A stretch of DNA of 64,000 nt, taken from NCBI GenBank assembly GCA_030649895.1, contig JAUSEX010000031.1:2620-66619 (forward strand), written 5' to 3'. Positions 59,987 to 64,000 of the stretch are shown one piece after another. A program made the position numbers and the translations under genes. The notes beneath the pieces were generated by a model. The model did not search any database. It was not told the origin of the DNA and was given only the letters and a program-made list of their open reading frames with translations. The stretch is from Candidatus Omnitrophota bacterium (GTDB lineage: Bacteria; Omnitrophota; Gorgyraeia; Gorgyraeales; Gorgyraeaceae). Each line of letters begins with the position of its first letter. The stretch's first letter is position 1.

Positions 59987-61045
59987 ATGGCAGATAAAAT
60001 AAAAGAGAATTTAAGCAAGACAATTGTTTTACCCGCATTTTGCCTTTTGGTTGTTTCTAAAATATGCAATTTTAGATGTAAGATGTGCAATATGTGGAAG
60101 AATAAAGAACGCGGTATAGACAGGAAAGAACTTACCATGGAAGAGATGAAAGGTTTTGTAGATGATTTGAAGAATGTTACTACAGAGCCTATCTTTATTC
60201 ATCTTATAGGAGGAGAGGCATTATTAAGAAAGGATTTAACGGAGATCGTATCTTATATAAAGAAAAGCGGCTTTAATAGCTCTATTACTACGAATGGATA
60301 TTATATTGATGATGAGATGGCGAAAAAGTTAGTTGAATCAGGGCTTAAAGGAATATTTCTTTCTCTGGACGGTTTTGAGGAAGATACCCATGATTATCTG
60401 CGAGGCGTTAAAGGCAGCTATAGGCGCGTGATGGATGCTATTGAATTATTGGATAAAAATAGGGGAGACGATAAGTTGAATAGGTTAAGTATCGGCATAA
60501 CTATGACGCTTATGGAGAAGAATTTGGACGAGGTGTTGGATTTGGCTGAATGGGCAAATAACAATGAAAAGATAAACGATTTATTTATTAATGCATGTTT
60601 GCAGCCATTTGACGCCGATGATCATGAAAGAGAATGGTTTAAAAATAGAAAGAATAGCGATGTCTGGCCGCAGGATATAGAAAAAGTTTGCGCTATCTTA
60701 GAAAAGTTGGCTTTGTTAAAGGAAAAGGGTTATAAGATTTGCAATCCTCCGAAACAACTGAGGCTGGTCAAGGAGTATTTTAAAAACCCCTATAGATTTA
60801 TACATGACAGTAAAATAAAATGCCCAAGGGGAGACTTGGCTCCGGAAATAAACGCTTATGGAGATATAAATATGTGTTTTTGTATGCCGCCTGTTGCAAA
60901 CATAAGAGAGAAGAAGTTTTCAGAGGTATGGTATTCCAGGGAAATGGAGGACGTAAGAAATGAAATAAATAAATGTAAGAAAGATTGCGATATAGCTGTA
61001 AATTGCTTCTATAAAATTGAAAATATAACCGATTATGTTAAATAA
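59987..61045 (+). CDS. Radical SAM/SPASM protein, paralog 7
   Basis: CNFRCKMC, GGEA, HDYLRG, CKKDCDIAVNC; ATG 59987 after AGGAG. Confidence 0.92.
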   Translation: MADKIKENLSKTIVLPAFCLLVVSKICNFRCKMCNMWKNKERGIDRKELTMEEMKGFVDDLKNVTTEPIFIHLIGGEALLRKDLTEIVSYIKKSGFNSSITTNGYYIDDEMAKKLVESGLKGIFLSLDGFEEDTHDYLRGVKGSYRRVMDAIELLDKNRGDDKLNRLSIGITMTLMEKNLDEVLDLAEWANNNEKINDLFINACLQPFDADDHEREWFKNRKNSDVWPQDIEKVCAILEKLALLKEKGYKICNPPKQLRLVKEYFKNPYRFIHDSKIKCPRGDLAPEINAYGDINMCFCMPPVANIREKKFSEVWYSREMEDVRNEINKCKKDCDIAVNCFYKIENITDYVK

Positions 61046-62012
61046 GAGCCCAAAAACCTGTCTTCTGACTGTAACAAATAATTGTGTTTTGCGCTGCAAA
61101 ATGTGCCATCTATGGCAGCTTAATACCGCAGAAAATGAAGTTAATATAGATGACTGCAAAAGATTAATAGATTCTTTTAAGGGGTTTGGGCCAGAACCTG
61201 TAGAGGTGCATATTATTGGAGGAGAATCCTTGATTAAAAAAGGAGTATTAGACTTGATCTCGCATATAAGCAACAAAGGATCTAGGACTGTTATGACTTC
61301 ATGCGCATATACTATAGATGAAACAATGGCAAAGGCAATTGCCGGATCTGGTTTAAATATGTTAAATATATCCATAGATAGCTTAAACCCATTAGTTCAT
61401 AATTTTTTAAGAGGGCGAGATGATTCTTTTCAGCGCGCAATGAGCGCAATTGATTATCTGAGTAAGTATAAAGATAATAGACTGAGATTAGGTATCAACA
61501 CTGTTATTTCAGCAAAGAATTTAGATGATATAGTTGGATTAAGCGAGTGGACACTAGGTAATAAAAATCTGGATTCTATTTATTTTATGGCAGTAATGAG
61601 GCCTTTTGGCTCTAACCTGGACTGGCATTGGTTTAAAAAAGAGGAATATAAGGATCTCTGGCCTTTGGATTATTCTAAAGTTGAACTAGTATTAGATAAA
61701 CTCATTACTTTAAAAAACAAAGGCTCTAAGATAGGGAATCCTGCAAGTCAATTAGAGGTCTTTAAGACATATTTTAAAAATCCTTTCGATTTTATAAAAG
61801 TCAATAGGTGCAATGTTTCTGAGCAAGCCCTTAATATAAACGCATTAGGCGATGTTTATCTTTGTTTTTTTATGGAAAAATTGGGCAATATCAAAGAACA
61901 TAATGTGGCGCAGCTTTGGAATTCCGATAAGGCGCAAAAGATCCGCGCCCAGATGCGCTCCTGCAGGAATAATTGCGAATTAGTAGTGAATTGTTATTAT
62001 GAGGAAAAATAA
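61035..62012 (+). CDS. Radical SAM/SPASM protein, paralog 8
   Basis: CVLRCKMC, GGES, HNFLRG, CRNNCELVVNC. Confidence 0.92.
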   Translation: MLNKSPKTCLLTVTNNCVLRCKMCHLWQLNTAENEVNIDDCKRLIDSFKGFGPEPVEVHIIGGESLIKKGVLDLISHISNKGSRTVMTSCAYTIDETMAKAIAGSGLNMLNISIDSLNPLVHNFLRGRDDSFQRAMSAIDYLSKYKDNRLRLGINTVISAKNLDDIVGLSEWTLGNKNLDSIYFMAVMRPFGSNLDWHWFKKEEYKDLWPLDYSKVELVLDKLITLKNKGSKIGNPASQLEVFKTYFKNPFDFIKVNRCNVSEQALNINALGDVYLCFFMEKLGNIKEHNVAQLWNSDKAQKIRAQMRSCRNNCELVVNCYYEEK

Positions 62013-63624
62013 TCGTAGAGATACTAATTTTATAGAGTCTAAAATGAGAAGAAGGAATTATTTATTTTTAATATTAATAATATTAAGTTTTCATGTCTTC
62101 CTAAACTATCAAGTATTGAAGAAAAGTAATATTATAAGAATGGATGATGAAGGAGGGACTATAATAGCAGGCTTGAATTGTTACAATATAATATTCTTGG
62201 ATCATAGCATTAAGCTTGTTAATAAATTAGGTTTTATTTTAGGCCTGCATGGTCAATGCCATCCTCGTTTTGTTGAACTCGCAGAAGCGCTTTCTTGGAA
62301 GGCGCTTAATTTATTTAAAATTTTAGACATAACTTCAATGATTTTAGTAGTTAATGCTATATTTTTTATTATTTTATTAGGCAGTGTATATGGAATTGGT
62401 TCAATAGTTTATAATAGAAATGTAGGCATATTATCTGCAGCGCTGGTTTCAATGTTTCCTTTGGTATTTGGACATTCAAGATTAGCTATGCGAGATTTTC
62501 CTTTGATGTGCATGGTTTCTCTGGGTTTTTATCTGCTTCTGAAGGCCGGTAAATTTAGTTCTAGTTTGTATAGCGTATTATCTGGCGTAGTGTTTGGTTT
62601 AGCGCAATTGACCAAAGAAACTGCTTTTATTTTTTTTCTTACCCCATTAATTTATTATTTTACTGGATCTTACTCGTTGGACAATAAAAAGAAGGTGTTG
62701 CGAAATTTTATTGTTACTTTGGCTTGTTTTTTAATTTTAACCGGAGTTGTATATTTCAGATTAGAAAATCTGCACGCGTTTAAAATATATTTTGGGAAAA
62801 CTTGTTATATCAGGAATTATCCCAATTTTTTTTATTATTTAAAAAATTTTATAGAAATTACAGGGCCATTTATTTTGATTATATCGTTGCCTTTGTTTGT
62901 TCAATACTTGGTTAACATTAAAAGAAGAGAGAAAATTCTATTTGTTTGGTTTATTATCCCGATTATATTGTTTAGCATTACCCCAAATAAAGCTATCAGA
63001 TTTCTTTTCCCCATATTGCCGGCTTTTGCCCTAATCGTAAGCAGCGAAATAGCCAATATTAATTTATCTAAAGAATTTAAAAAGGTATTTTATATTATGC
63101 TGATTTCAATCTCAATACTTCAATATGCGTTTTTCAATGCTGGAATTTTAGATACAAAATTTAAAAACCCGTATTTTGAAGCAGGCATCTTGTCTGTTAG
63201 AAAAGATAAATATTTGCCTGAATATATGAGATTATTGGATGTTTTTAAAAAAGAAGCAAAAAATAATAATGTCTCGGGAAATAAGAATGTAGTTTTTTTA
63301 TTCAATATTCGGGAGATCTATTGGCCGTTTTGGCTGGATACTTGGGTATATAAAATGCCTTTCAATGTATCTAATTCACTGCTGGTAGATGAGGTAGATG
63401 TGATTAATACCTACCATGTTGATTGGGATAAAGAAATTTTGAAAGCGGATTATATTGTTAATAAAACAGGCTTTAAAGAACGGCAAGATTATCGGAATCA
63501 TATTTTAGATGGGTTGGAAAAAGGTTTTATTAAATATAAAGATAGATTTGAATTAATCGCTGACATTAAGCTATTGTTTGATAACTCTGCGGTATACGTG
63601 TATAAAAAAGTTAGTCACAATTGA
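61999..63624 (+). CDS. GT-C (ArnT/family 39) membrane glycosyltransferase
   Basis: MDDE in first loop, SRLAMRD, GLAQLTK, K..RFLFPILP; many TMs. Confidence 0.85.
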   Translation: MRKNNRRDTNFIESKMRRRNYLFLILIILSFHVFLNYQVLKKSNIIRMDDEGGTIIAGLNCYNIIFLDHSIKLVNKLGFILGLHGQCHPRFVELAEALSWKALNLFKILDITSMILVVNAIFFIILLGSVYGIGSIVYNRNVGILSAALVSMFPLVFGHSRLAMRDFPLMCMVSLGFYLLLKAGKFSSSLYSVLSGVVFGLAQLTKETAFIFFLTPLIYYFTGSYSLDNKKKVLRNFIVTLACFLILTGVVYFRLENLHAFKIYFGKTCYIRNYPNFFYYLKNFIEITGPFILIISLPLFVQYLVNIKRREKILFVWFIIPIILFSITPNKAIRFLFPILPAFALIVSSEIANINLSKEFKKVFYIMLISISILQYAFFNAGILDTKFKNPYFEAGILSVRKDKYLPEYMRLLDVFKKEAKNNNVSGNKNVVFLFNIREIYWPFWLDTWVYKMPFNVSNSLLVDEVDVINTYHVDWDKEILKADYIVNKTGFKERQDYRNHILDGLEKGFIKYKDRFELIADIKLLFDNSAVYVYKKVSHN

Positions 63625-63689
63625 GTAATTTCAGATTCTGTGACATTAAAGCTTTCAATTAAGATGCCTGGTTGAGATCGGAACCAAAC

Positions 63690-64000
63690 TTGAAAACAAA
63701 GAATCTAGTTATTTTAAGAGTTCTATTATTTATTTTATTAGTAGTAGGATTTTTAGCCTTGTGTGTTTTTGTAAAAAGACCTTTCCAAGAGCCTGAATTC
63801 AATGTTACAGAGAAAACCGACCTATCTTTAGATATTAAAATAAGCCAAGATGACATCTCTTCCTGCAGAGATTTTATTAAGAACAATGAGCGATACCGAA
63901 AGCCAATATCAAAGGCAAAATTTTCAAAGCAGATCAACGATGCTCAGGGCTATTTAAAAGCTCACCCTTCGGGTAAGATCGCTAAGGATTTAAGAAAAAC
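63690..64000 (+). CDS. Membrane-anchored protein, runs off window end
   Basis: Open frame with N-terminal TM (VLLFILLVVGFLALCVFV) and no stop before 64000; start uncertain. Confidence 0.5.
   Translation, partial: MKTKNLVILRVLLFILLVVGFLALCVFVKRPFQEPEFNVTEKTDLSLDIKISQDDISSCRDFIKNNERYRKPISKAKFSKQINDAQGYLKAHPSGKIAKDLRK

Noticed and set aside
1-64000. Numerous minus-strand and nested ORFs in the track
   Set aside because: Shadows of well-supported + strand genes with no recognisable motifs.

Overview
AT-rich bacterial chromosome segment with essentially every gene on the + strand. Gene content and style suggest a PVC-superphylum organism, probably Omnitrophota (inference, not searched). Order: ExbB-ExbD-TonB module; type IV pilus/T2SS-like cluster (PilM-PilN fusion, PilO, PilP-like, secretin, MshEN-PilB, PilC, five pilins); tRNA-Ala; rsmE; a ~10.5 kb glycosylation block (three GT-C/TPR proteins, GT2, GT9, methyltransferase, HpnJ-like B12 radical SAM); mtaB; housekeeping run cvpA-nif3-dnaG-rpoD, two tRNAs, DUF164, rnhA, rnpB; then a >28 kb surface-glycan locus. 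That locus is the most unusual part. After GT4, WecA-like, FAD oxidoreductase, carbamoyltransferase, SxtJ and Wzm/Wzt come eleven radical SAM genes, eight of them close tandem paralogs. A ~200-aa beta-rich domain I cannot assign is shared by Wzt (3 copies) and two radical SAM enzymes (2 and 1 copies). The Wzt ATPase has both catalytic residues substituted, and an unannotated 49-aa ORF sits inside the array. Also notable: covarying structured flanks around tRNAs, a mini-element at tRNA-Ile2, palindromic elements inside coding frames, and an mtaB with no canonical start codon. All calls are by motif recognition; no database searches were run.
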